This document shows, in pieces, positions 9,581 through 18,714 of a stretch of DNA of 64,000 bases (within the stretch, counting starts at the first letter, position 1; each line of letters begins with the position of its first letter). This stretch comes from a candidate division FCPU426 bacterium (GTDB lineage: Bacteria > Oederibacteriota > Muellerivitia > Muellerivitales > Muellerivitaceae). A model generated the notes under the pieces. It saw only the letters and a list, made by a program, of their open reading frames with translations, was not told the origin of the DNA and ran no database searches. A program made the translations under genes and the position numbers. The stretch spans positions 96,001 through 160,000 of the forward strand of contig CAVTWJ010000023.1 in the NCBI GenBank assembly GCA_963738405.1, written 5' to 3'.

Positions 9581-10837
9581 CTATTTCATCCCGGCCAGGC
9601 GGGTCAAAACCAGGCCCACCTTTTTGGCTTCTTCGAGCATCTTCTTGTTGGTATAGACGGTTTGTAGCTTTTTATAGGTGTCGATGATTTCCTGTTTCTT
9701 GTTTTGTTTCAAATAAACCTCGGCCTTTTTCTTGAGAGCGTCCACGTTGTCTGGTTCGAGCCCCAAGATATTATCCAGATGACTCATGGCCACGTCGTAT
9801 TTGGCCTCTGCGACGGCATGCTGGGCTAATTGCATGTAGATGGAAAGGGCCTCGGTTCTCTTGCCCGTTTGTAACAAAACCCTTGCCTGACGGGGCAAAA
9901 GTTTATTGTCGTTGGGTCGCTGGGCCATAAGTTTGTTCAAATAATCATAAGCGGCGGGCCAATCTTTGGTTTCTTCTGCTAGGGTTAAGAGTTGTTCCAA
10001 GAGGGCTCCGTCCTCGGGGTTCTTCGCCAAAAGCTCGTCAAACTTGGCCTTGGCTTCTTTAGGCTGTTTGAGGCCTATAAGGATCTTCGCCTGAAGCAGG
10101 GCCAAATCGTTGTTTCCCGCCATGATGGCCGCGTCGGCGGAGGATTTGGCTTCCTCGTAATTCATCAAATCATAAGCCGCCTGGGCCAGTTTGGCGCCGT
10201 AGCGGGAAACGCTGTCCCGGTCCCCTTTTTTCTGGGCCAAGGTGAGAAAAAGCCTCAGGGTTTCAATCCCCTCCGGGTCCATCAGGGAAATTTTGCCCGC
10301 CATTTCCTGGGCCGCTTCCAGACGTCCCTCGGCGAGGTGGATGTCGGCGATGGCTTTAAGCTCCGCTGAAGCCTCCGAAACCCGGGCGTGTTCCAGATAA
10401 AGGTTCGAAAGCTTTTCACGGTAGGAAAAGTTGATGGGCTCGGCGGCGATCAGCTGTTGGTAATGCGCGATAGCGTCTTCCACATTTCCCTCGGAGGCTT
10501 TCTTTTCAGCCTCTTGGGATTTAGAAATGGTGAGAAACTGCTTCTTGAGGGGCGGAGGCATCTTTTCAGGGTTGAGCTTGGAAATCTTGCGTTCGATGGA
10601 GCTTATCTTGTTGGTCTGCCCCTGGCGCTCAAAAAGTTCCTTGGTTTTCAGGTAGGCCTGGAAAGCGTCCGCGTCGTCCTGCTTTTTGGCGTAGGCGTCG
10701 CCCATCATGTTGAAGATATGGGCGTCCTCCGGGTTTTCGGCCAAAAGCTTTTTGTATTCCTCGATGGCCTTGTACCATTCCCCCGATTGGACATAGAGGA
10801 AGGCCATCTTAATCATCATCGCCTTGTCCTCGCCCAT
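9581..10837 (-). CDS. TPR repeat protein
   Basis: Many TPR-like helical repeats along 418 aa. Confidence 0.85.
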   Translation of the reverse strand: MGEDKAMMIKMAFLYVQSGEWYKAIEEYKKLLAENPEDAHIFNMMGDAYAKKQDDADAFQAYLKTKELFERQGQTNKISSIERKISKLNPEKMPPPLKKQFLTISKSQEAEKKASEGNVEDAIAHYQQLIAAEPINFSYREKLSNLYLEHARVSEASAELKAIADIHLAEGRLEAAQEMAGKISLMDPEGIETLRLFLTLAQKKGDRDSVSRYGAKLAQAAYDLMNYEEAKSSADAAIMAGNNDLALLQAKILIGLKQPKEAKAKFDELLAKNPEDGALLEQLLTLAEETKDWPAAYDYLNKLMAQRPNDNKLLPRQARVLLQTGKRTEALSIYMQLAQHAVAEAKYDVAMSHLDNILGLEPDNVDALKKKAEVYLKQNKKQEIIDTYKKLQTVYTNKKMLEEAKKVGLVLTRLAGMK

Positions 10838-10869
10838 GTCCCTTCCCTACTTTCGATCGTTAAATGGGG

Positions 10870-12519
10870 CTAAACTTTTTGTTTAAGGCCCGTCACGCTG
10901 TAAGCTAGCACCTTGTCGGTCTTGCCCTTGACTTTAATGGGATCAAGCATGACGGCTTCGATCTTATGCTTCACCTTTTCGTAAGTGGCGGCGGATATCA
11001 AAATCTGCCCCTTTTCCGCAACTGATTCGAGCCGCTGGGTCAGATTGACGTTGTCGCCGATGGCGGTGTATTCCATCCGCTCGTTGGAGCCGATATTGCC
11101 CACGACCACCTCACCGGTGTTGATGCCGATGCCGATGTTGACTTCCTTCTTGCCCTCATCGCGCCACTTGGCCTGGAGCTCTTTCATTTTCTCGCTCATT
11201 TCCACCGCCGCTAAAACCGCCCGTTCGGCGTGGTCGGGGTAATCAATCGGCGCCCCATAGACGGCCATGATGGCGTCGCCCATGAATTTGTCGAGCGTCC
11301 CCTCATATTTAAAGATGATGGATGTCATCGCGGTGAAATATTCGTTAAGAATATGAACCACTTCCTCGGCCGTGAGGGCCTCGGACATGGGGGTGAATCC
11401 CCGGATATCAGAGAAGAAAATGGTGACCACCTTTTTCTCGCCGCCCAGTTTCAACCCGTCCTTATGCTCCAAAATGCGGTCCACCACGCTTTTGGTGACG
11501 TATTTGGAGAAGGCGCCCTTGATGACTTCTTTTTCCCGAAGGGACTTGGCCATGTTGTTGAAGGCGTCGGTCAGGTCGCCCAGTTCATCCGCGCGCTTGA
11601 TGTTGATCTTTTGGTCGAAATCGCCCCCGGCGATGGCCGTGACGCCGTTGACCAGAAGGCCGATGGGCTTGACTAGAAGGGTCACGAAGACCGCCATCCC
11701 GATAATGCCGATCAAGAGGAACACCACCGTCGTTAGGATGATGGCGACCGCCACATAGCGCACCACGAGAATGATGGTATTTTGGTTCATCCCCACATGT
11801 ACTTCCCCGACCTTGTCCTTGTGCCCCTCGGCGGTGTTGAGAATGGGGGTGGCGATGTCGTAATAGGTCTTGCCCCCCTTCTCATAGGCTTGGGTTAAAA
11901 CCGATTCCCCCGCGAGAGATTTAATCCCCGCCGGAAGTTGGAAAACAGCGTGTTCCATAACGTTCTTAATGTCGTTATCCGCCAGGTAGGTTCCGTCTTT
12001 GCCGATGATTTTCACGTATTCCATGTCGCTTTTCTTGACCTCGGCCTCGTCCGGCCAAAAGAACTGGCGCACGATCTCGTTCGCCACGTTGGAATAGGCC
12101 AACAACTGTTCTTGGAATGGGGAAAGGCCGGATGGGACTTGCCTGACCGATTCGGTGGCCTCGGTTTGCATGGCATCTTTGACGGATTGGAGCAAGGTCA
12201 GGCTGACATCCTCGCCCATCCCCGCCCCGGCGGTGGTAACGGCACCGGGACCGCTGGGGTTTTGGGCGGTTACCAACTTGAGGACTTCATCCACGCTGTT
12301 GGAAGCCAAACTGCGGGCCTGGGATTCGCCCCGATCCAAGGCCTGTTGGATCAGGATTTGCCGGGTTTGGTCCAACACCATCCATGTCACCACGCCCATG
12401 AGAGCGCAAATCAGGAAGGTCAAAACCATGATAAATTTGAGGCTGAGAGGAAAAAGATGGTGTTTTCGAACCGGCTTGGCCTTAGGGGAGGCTTCAACCA
12501 GCTGGGATTTCGGGCTCAA
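10870..12519 (-). CDS. Membrane class III adenylate/guanylate cyclase with periplasmic and HAMP domains
   Basis: Two TM segments, HAMP (DELGDLTDAFNNM), FSDIRGFT, DKFMGDAIMA, EYTAIGDNVN. Confidence 0.93.
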   Translation of the reverse strand: MSPKSQLVEASPKAKPVRKHHLFPLSLKFIMVLTFLICALMGVVTWMVLDQTRQILIQQALDRGESQARSLASNSVDEVLKLVTAQNPSGPGAVTTAGAGMGEDVSLTLLQSVKDAMQTEATESVRQVPSGLSPFQEQLLAYSNVANEIVRQFFWPDEAEVKKSDMEYVKIIGKDGTYLADNDIKNVMEHAVFQLPAGIKSLAGESVLTQAYEKGGKTYYDIATPILNTAEGHKDKVGEVHVGMNQNTIILVVRYVAVAIILTTVVFLLIGIIGMAVFVTLLVKPIGLLVNGVTAIAGGDFDQKINIKRADELGDLTDAFNNMAKSLREKEVIKGAFSKYVTKSVVDRILEHKDGLKLGGEKKVVTIFFSDIRGFTPMSEALTAEEVVHILNEYFTAMTSIIFKYEGTLDKFMGDAIMAVYGAPIDYPDHAERAVLAAVEMSEKMKELQAKWRDEGKKEVNIGIGINTGEVVVGNIGSNERMEYTAIGDNVNLTQRLESVAEKGQILISAATYEKVKHKIEAVMLDPIKVKGKTDKVLAYSVTGLKQKV

Positions 12520-12558
12520 GGTAAGGTTCCCCTGACAAAGAATGGGTCTAGCGTTGTT

Positions 12559-12588
12559 ACTATAAGGTAAGACCTTTTAGGGTGTCAA
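12559..12588 (-). promoter_or_regulatory. Putative sigma70 promoter of the cyclase gene
   Basis: Minus strand TTGACA-18 nt-TATAGT. Confidence 0.5.
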
Positions 12589-12599
12589 ACCACGAAAAG

Positions 12600-13292
12600 T
12601 TACGGGTTTGTTTCACTTGGAGAGGTTTTTTCTGCGGGCGATTCGTCCGAAGAACTAGCCGCAACTTCCGTCTCGCCTTCCTCAAAGGGGGCAAGACCCA
12701 GTTTGGTCTCACGGCGGCGAAGCTCCCCTTCCATTTCTTTGAGGAACTCCGGCGAAGGCCGGTCTCCCGCCAATTCCTGTATCTCCGACACCTTGGGAAG
12801 GTCGGAAAGGTCTTTCAAGCCGAAATGAATCAGGAACTCGTGTGTCGTCCCGTAAAGGAGCGGCCTTCCAGGAGTCTCGGCCCTGCCCAGGATGCGGATC
12901 ATTTTCTTTTCAAGAAGAGACTGGATCAGATTGCTGACCTCTACTCCCCGAATTGCCTCCACCTCGGCCCGGGTCACCGGTTGTTTGTAGGCGATAATTG
13001 ACAGGGCTTCCAGCGCCGCCTTGGTAAGGCGGGTTTTGGATATAACCTTATAAAGTTCCTTCGCGTGTTTGTGGAATTCGCCGCGGGTAACCAACTGGTA
13101 CCCTTGGGCTATGGCCACCACTTGGAAACTGCGGCCCAGACTCTCGATTTCTTCCATCAGGGACAAAAAGGCCTTTTCGACCTCATCTTCCTTGGCGTCC
13201 TTTAAAAACGAGGCCACCTTTTTCGCGGAGAGGGGCGTCTCGCTGACAAAAAGCAGACTTTCGAGAATTTTTTTGAGCTGTTCTATTTCCAT
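12600..13292 (-). CDS. scpB: SMC-Scp complex subunit ScpB
   Basis: LESLLFVS, LEALSIIAYKQPVTRAEVEAIRGV, GRPLLYGTT..FL..FGL. Confidence 0.95.
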   Translation of the reverse strand: MEIEQLKKILESLLFVSETPLSAKKVASFLKDAKEDEVEKAFLSLMEEIESLGRSFQVVAIAQGYQLVTRGEFHKHAKELYKVISKTRLTKAALEALSIIAYKQPVTRAEVEAIRGVEVSNLIQSLLEKKMIRILGRAETPGRPLLYGTTHEFLIHFGLKDLSDLPKVSEIQELAGDRPSPEFLKEMEGELRRRETKLGLAPFEEGETEVAASSSDESPAEKTSPSETNP

Positions 13293-13351
13293 GGAGTCAT
13301 TCGTCCTTATTTCTTTTTTTCACCGCCGGAAAACCGGACGGCATTTTATTT

Positions 13352-14212
13352 TCAGACCGTCTCAACCGGAGGTGCCGGGGGAGCGGGAGTGTCCGGCTGC
13401 ATTAAAATGACCTCAATTTCCCCAAACACCTTGTTTTGCACCACCCTTACCAGCTTCAACCTAATCAATTCCAAAAGAGCCAGCAGGGCCACGATTTTCT
13501 CAATTTTTGTACGGCAAGACTCCAGAAAAGGCCGAAAAACCACCCGGGGGTTATCCTGCAAAACATCCATTAAATCATTGATCTTCTGGCTGACGGTAAT
13601 TTCGGGGCGGGTCAGTTCGGCGGTCACGTCTTCCTGGGCGTGGATAAGAATATCTTTATAAGCTGCCAAGAGGCCGAAAAGGGTTACTTCTTCCAGCCTT
13701 TCCTCCGAATCCCCTTCCTTGAGTTCGGAAGAAACAACCCGGGGCAAAAGATGCTGGCGGCTTTTTTCCAGGCCCGACAACTGGTCGGCGGCGTCCCTGA
13801 ACTTTTTATACTCCAGCAGCCGGCGCATCAATTCGAGCCTTGGGTCCTCCTCGGGCTCATCGGGCGTCGAGTCCATGGGAAGGAGGAGACGGCTCTTGAT
13901 CTGCATCAGGGTAGCGGCCATCACCAAAAAGTCCCCGGCGATTTCGAGGTTCATGGCTTCTAATATTTCAAGGTAAGCCAGGTATTCCTTGGTGATGCGA
14001 GAAATGGGAATGTCGTAGATATCAAGTTCATGTTCCTTGATGAGATGAAGCAAAAGGTCCATCGGCCCGTCAAAGGAGGGCAGGGTGATTTGGTAGGTGG
14101 CCCGTTGGTCATCGGGATGCAGTATTTCCCTGATTCCGACATTGAGGGTCGTGGAGGAAAGCTGGATGGCAAAAGAACCCGGCGTCGGGGTTTCGGGTGT
14201 TTCTTCGCTCAC
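13352..14212 (-). CDS. scpA: Segregation and condensation protein ScpA
   Basis: FDGPMDLLLHLI, FLVMAATLMQIKSRLLLP, LALLELIR. Confidence 0.95.
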   Translation of the reverse strand: MSEETPETPTPGSFAIQLSSTTLNVGIREILHPDDQRATYQITLPSFDGPMDLLLHLIKEHELDIYDIPISRITKEYLAYLEILEAMNLEIAGDFLVMAATLMQIKSRLLLPMDSTPDEPEEDPRLELMRRLLEYKKFRDAADQLSGLEKSRQHLLPRVVSSELKEGDSEERLEEVTLFGLLAAYKDILIHAQEDVTAELTRPEITVSQKINDLMDVLQDNPRVVFRPFLESCRTKIEKIVALLALLELIRLKLVRVVQNKVFGEIEVILMQPDTPAPPAPPVETV

Positions 14213-15255
14213 AAGTCTCCTCCTTTCGACAGTTCTTTTTTGATTTTTGAACTGGGAATGCCGGTCGCCTCATAAACCAGTTCGAGGGTCTGGGCCGCTG
14301 TACGCCGGGCCTTGCGGGCGCTGGCGATTAAAACTTCCTCGACTTCATCGGGCTTCGCGTCCAATTGTTTTCTTTTTTCCCTGACCGCGCCGCCGAAAGT
14401 TTCCTCAATTTTAGCCAAGAGAAATTTTTTAGCGTCGCCATAACCCATGCCGCCCTTACGGAATCCCGCTTCCATCCCCGCGGCTTCCTCCGGCTTGGCG
14501 ATCAATTTATAAAGCTGGTAGATCACGCTGGTATCCGGGTCCTTGGGATCTTCCACACCTTTAGAATCGGTAATGATTCCCATCACCTTTTTCTTGATCT
14601 CTGACGGTTCCCCAAATATAGGAAGCACGCTGGCCTCGTCCGTCTTGCTCATCTTGCCGCCGGTTAAACCCAGCACCTTTGGCGCTTCGCTTAAAACCCC
14701 TTCGGGCAATTTAAAAACATTTCGGCCAAAAGTATTGTTGAAATAACCGGCCATGTCGCGGGTCATTTCAATGTGTTGGACCTGATCCTGCCCCACGGGC
14801 ACCTTGTCGCTTTGGTAAATGAGGATATCCGCTGCCATGAGAACCGGATAAAAGAAAAGCCCCACCGAAGGGGCGATACCCCTTGCTACCTTATCCTTAA
14901 AAGAATGGGCCCTTTCCAGCAACCCCATACCTGTCACGGTCGATAGTATCCAGGCTAGTTCCGTAACTTCGGGCACATCGCTTTGGCGGAAAAGGAGCGC
15001 CTTGGCTGGATCAAGCCCCAGGGCCAGGTAATCGGCAGCGGCCATGAAGGTATAGCGGGTGAGGTCTTCCCTTTTTTGGACAGTCGTGAGCGAATGGTAA
15101 TTGGCGATGAAATAAAAACATTCACCCTGGTCCTGCAGGTGGATATGGTTTTGGATGGCCCCGAAATAATTGCCCAAGTGTAGCCTGCCGCTGGGCTGGA
15201 CGCCGGAAAGGTACCGGACGGGTTTTAAGGGCTCGGAATTGGAGGACAAGTTCAC
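14209..15255 (-). CDS. trpS: Tryptophan--tRNA ligase
   Basis: SGVQPSGRLHLGNY, YPVLMAADIL, VPVGQDQ, KMSK. Confidence 0.97.
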   Translation of the reverse strand: MNLSSNSEPLKPVRYLSGVQPSGRLHLGNYFGAIQNHIHLQDQGECFYFIANYHSLTTVQKREDLTRYTFMAAADYLALGLDPAKALLFRQSDVPEVTELAWILSTVTGMGLLERAHSFKDKVARGIAPSVGLFFYPVLMAADILIYQSDKVPVGQDQVQHIEMTRDMAGYFNNTFGRNVFKLPEGVLSEAPKVLGLTGGKMSKTDEASVLPIFGEPSEIKKKVMGIITDSKGVEDPKDPDTSVIYQLYKLIAKPEEAAGMEAGFRKGGMGYGDAKKFLLAKIEETFGGAVREKRKQLDAKPDEVEEVLIASARKARRTAAQTLELVYEATGIPSSKIKKELSKGGDL

Positions 15256-15283
15256 CTCTTGATTATATAAGCGAAGGAATAGA

Positions 15284-15970
15284 TCAGCTTAGGTATTGGG
15301 ACAAATGATCCAGTCCCACCAAGTGCAAGGTGAAGAAAAACACCATTACTACGGGATCAAAGACATAGTTCAGGATATTGCGAAAAAAGACCATAACCCC
15401 AAATAAAAGCATGGCCCCATAACGGTCATATTGGGACAGCTTATAGGCCCAGCGCCCTGGTAACGCGGCCTTTAAAATCCAAGAGCCATCCAAGGGAAAG
15501 ACGGGAATCAGGTTAAAAACGGCCAAGGCGAAATTGGTCCAAAAGAAGGTTTTAAAGAAATTCAAAAGGGTGTATTGGCTGGCTTCCCCCAACTGAAAAA
15601 ACTGGGTCAGGTCCAGAATGGCAAAAGCCCCCAATGAAAGGACGCAGAGGCCCATGTTGGCCATAGGGCCCGCAAAGGCCACCAAGGCGCCGCCCTTACG
15701 GGGGTTTTTAAAATTGTCGGGGGTGATAGGAACCGGCTTGGCCCATCCGAACAGAAAGTTGACTTGGTAGTACATGGAAATAAGAGGAAAGAGTATGGTT
15801 CCAAAAGGATCGGAATGGGCCATGGGATTAAGGGTCAATCGGCCCAGCATGCGCGGGGTGGGGTCCCCCAGGCGGTCGGCCATGGCGGCGTGTCCGAATT
15901 CGTGCAGGCAAAGGGAGAACAAAAGAATGCTGAAATTCATCAAAACATGGAAAATTTTCGACTCGTCCAA
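15284..15970 (-). CDS. Site-2 protease family (M50) membrane metalloprotease
   Basis: HEFGH, GRLTLNP, FGWAKPVP, AGP, FNLIPVFPLDG. Confidence 0.93.
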   Translation of the reverse strand: MDESKIFHVLMNFSILLFSLCLHEFGHAAMADRLGDPTPRMLGRLTLNPMAHSDPFGTILFPLISMYYQVNFLFGWAKPVPITPDNFKNPRKGGALVAFAGPMANMGLCVLSLGAFAILDLTQFFQLGEASQYTLLNFFKTFFWTNFALAVFNLIPVFPLDGSWILKAALPGRWAYKLSQYDRYGAMLLFGVMVFFRNILNYVFDPVVMVFFFTLHLVGLDHLSQYLS

Positions 15971-16013
15971 AGCGCTTCCCCTTATTTAAAGGCGGTAAAA
16001 AGAGGGGTTAACT

Positions 16014-17321
16014 TTACTTGATGCGGGCCTTCGGTGCAACTTGCTTTCCAGTTGTCGTGTCTGGGCCGAAAGTTTCCCTAACCCATTTGAGAACTGAGCT
16101 TCGGCCCTTAAATTTACCGTCCAATTGGCCGTTCAAGGCTTCCAGCAAAATAAAGGAATATTGAAACCCCGGCTCGATGCCCATGGCTTGCAGGTCCTTC
16201 CCTCTCACCCACGGCTTTGAGGTTTGGATCTTTTGAAGATAATTTTCCAAACGCTTGCGGAGAGTTGCTGAGGAGGCCGCCAATAGGAAACATTGAACTT
16301 CAGAACGCAAAGGACAAAGGAGTTTATATATTTGGCTAATCGCCATTTTCATTTTGGACAGTCTTTTTAAAAGGGAGGGATAGGCTTGGGCGGATTGAAG
16401 AACAATTTTCTGCTCGGAGCGAGACAGCATCAGGCGCTTGGCCAGTGAATGGGCCTCAGCCTCACGAGGACCCGCTAGAAGAGCCTGAAACCAAACCATG
16501 TTTTCTTCCTCCAGCTTGATCTTCAACTTGTGGAAGACGCCAATCGCGGAGGGAATGCTGGATAAAAACAAGGCTGTCCTTGAGGGCACATCCAGAGAGG
16601 GATGGATATGTCTCAAGACTCCCAGTTCCTTTAGCCTTTTCACGGCCCTTTCGGGATGGGGTTCCTTGAAAATCAGGCGAAGTTCGTTGCGGAGCCTCTC
16701 CCCCGATACCCTTTGGATGAATTCGCCTTTGACGCACTTTAAGAGCCAGTTCTGAGTTTGGGCTTCAATGCGGGTCTTAAACCTTTGCTCGAACCTTACC
16801 GCCCGGAAAATGCGGGTGGGGTCATCCTCAAAGCTTTTGGCGTGCAGGGCGCGGATACGCCCCTTTTTCAAGTCTTCAAGACCGTTAAAAGGGTCCAACA
16901 ATTTAAGAAAGAAGCCCGGTGAAAGGCTCATGGCCATGGCGTTGAGGGTGAAGTCCCGCCGGTAAAGGTCTTGCACGATGCCGCTTTTTTCAACCTTCGG
17001 CAGGGCCCCCGGATGAACATAGCTTTCCGTTCGGGCGGTAGCCACATCCACCTTGCCGAAACCAGGCACCACCACAATGGAGGTGCCGAATTGGGTGAAA
17101 GCTTCCACCTCCGAGCCCGTGGATTGGGCGAACTTTTCGGCAAAGGTGACCCCGTCCCCCTCGATGGTGATGTCGATATCCACCCCATGCTTATTGAGAA
17201 AAAGATCCCGCACGAAGCCCCCCACCGCGTAGGCGGTTTCGCCCCTTTGTTCGGCTAAACGGCCGATCTTTCTAAAAAGAGAAAGGGTTTTGGGGGGAAT
17301 ACGGTTTGTCAGCTTCTGCAT
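16014..17321 (-). CDS. tRNA nucleotidyltransferase (CCA/poly(A) polymerase class II)
   Basis: VGGFVRD, DIDI, RRDFTLNAMA, SFEDDPTRIFRAVRF. Confidence 0.92.
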   Translation of the reverse strand: MQKLTNRIPPKTLSLFRKIGRLAEQRGETAYAVGGFVRDLFLNKHGVDIDITIEGDGVTFAEKFAQSTGSEVEAFTQFGTSIVVVPGFGKVDVATARTESYVHPGALPKVEKSGIVQDLYRRDFTLNAMAMSLSPGFFLKLLDPFNGLEDLKKGRIRALHAKSFEDDPTRIFRAVRFEQRFKTRIEAQTQNWLLKCVKGEFIQRVSGERLRNELRLIFKEPHPERAVKRLKELGVLRHIHPSLDVPSRTALFLSSIPSAIGVFHKLKIKLEEENMVWFQALLAGPREAEAHSLAKRLMLSRSEQKIVLQSAQAYPSLLKRLSKMKMAISQIYKLLCPLRSEVQCFLLAASSATLRKRLENYLQKIQTSKPWVRGKDLQAMGIEPGFQYSFILLEALNGQLDGKFKGRSSVLKWVRETFGPDTTTGKQVAPKARIK

Positions 17322-17356
17322 CGGTAGCCTCGAATGACTTCTGGGATATGCCGCAC

Positions 17357-17770
17357 CTAGACGTTATACCCCTCTTCGGAGATGAAGGCATTGGAAAGAT
17401 GCTGGATTCGCGGTAACCCTAAAAGATTCTTCGATGGATAGAAGGCCACCACATCGAACCGAACGTTAAGCGTTTCCCCCGTATGTCGGGATAAATAAAC
17501 CGCCGCCGCCGCTGAAAGGCGATTCACCTTATGGACCGTCACCGCTTCCAAGGGAGAACCCTTAGAAAGGGTTTTGCGTTTCTTGACCTCTACAAACACC
17601 AGCGTATCACCCTTGCGGCAAACCAAATCGATTTCACCCTGAGGCACCCGATAATTGCGTTCCAAAATTTTATATCCCTTGAGGCGCAGGTAAACGGCGG
17701 CGATAGCCTCTCCCCGAGCGCCTTCCCCGTGGGTGCTCATTTTCCAGAAACCCTTAATTTCCCGGTGCAT
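17357..17770 (-). CDS. yraN: YraN family (UPF0102) protein
   Basis: GARGEAIAA.YL..KGY.ILERNYR...GEIDL...LVFVEVK; true start probably the MSTH methionine. Confidence 0.92.
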   Translation of the reverse strand: MHREIKGFWKMSTHGEGARGEAIAAVYLRLKGYKILERNYRVPQGEIDLVCRKGDTLVFVEVKKRKTLSKGSPLEAVTVHKVNRLSAAAAVYLSRHTGETLNVRFDVVAFYPSKNLLGLPRIQHLSNAFISEEGYNV

Positions 17771-18714
17771 TGGGAATAGACTTCCCTTAACTGTTCCAGC
17801 TCCGCTTCATTAAGTGTTTCACCCGCGAGTCTTTTGAGGCTCAACCCGGCTTGCCTCAAGCCGGTAAGGGTGACCGCATCCTCTAATTTTCCTTTCCAAA
17901 AACCGAAGTTTCCACGCGGATCTTTGGAGGCAAGATTTTGGGCCACGGGCGCAAAGCTTAATCGGTGTTCGGGGCATAGGCCCTTTTCCCGGATCGCCTC
18001 CAAATGCTCTTGCGTGCCGTAGCCTTTGTGGGAAGCGAATCCGTAACCGGGATAAAGAGAATTCATTTCCACCATCATCCTGTCCCTCGCCACCTTTGCC
18101 AAAATGGAGGCGGCCGCGATGCTTAAGGAAAGTGAATCCCCATGCGCCATGGATTTTCGGGGGATGTTTTTGTAATGCGGGAGGGGCATGGCGTCGGTTA
18201 AAAGCCCATCGGGCGCCATGGGCAGGGCCTGGATGGCCCTTTCCATGGCAAGTCTTGCGGCCTGGTAGATGTTGAGTGCGTCAATTTCTTTGGCGCTGGC
18301 CCGGCCCAGACCAAAACCTAATGCCTTTTCACGGATCACCAAGTCCAGAGCTTCCCGCTTAGCGGGCGTCAGCTTTTTGGAATCGTTCACGCCCTCTAAT
18401 AGCAACCCGACTGGCAAGATGACCGCGGCGGCGACCACCGGGCCTACCAGGGGGCCCCGGCCCGCCTCATCTAACCCCGCAATGAACTTACAGCCCCTCC
18501 CCGCCAATTCCCTTTCAAAGGTCAGGAGGGACTTAAGCCTGTCCTTTTCCTTCGTTTCTTTTTGGACTTTTTTTTCAAATTTGAGGATTAGTTTTTCAGC
18601 GGCGGGCCGTGAATCTCCCGAGAGGAGGGACTTTAAATAATCCAGGGATTCTTGCGGGGAGCCTTTTTGGGAGGCTTCGAGCTCAAGGCTCTTCAGTTGG
18701 GGAAGGCTGGGCAT
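17737..18714 (-). CDS. rnhB: Ribonuclease HII
   Basis: GLDEAGRGPLVGPV, NDSKKL, SIAAASILAKV.RD, HKGYGT, HRLSF. Confidence 0.96.
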   Translation of the reverse strand: MPSLPQLKSLELEASQKGSPQESLDYLKSLLSGDSRPAAEKLILKFEKKVQKETKEKDRLKSLLTFERELAGRGCKFIAGLDEAGRGPLVGPVVAAAVILPVGLLLEGVNDSKKLTPAKREALDLVIREKALGFGLGRASAKEIDALNIYQAARLAMERAIQALPMAPDGLLTDAMPLPHYKNIPRKSMAHGDSLSLSIAAASILAKVARDRMMVEMNSLYPGYGFASHKGYGTQEHLEAIREKGLCPEHRLSFAPVAQNLASKDPRGNFGFWKGKLEDAVTLTGLRQAGLSLKRLAGETLNEAELEQLREVYSQCTGKLRVSGK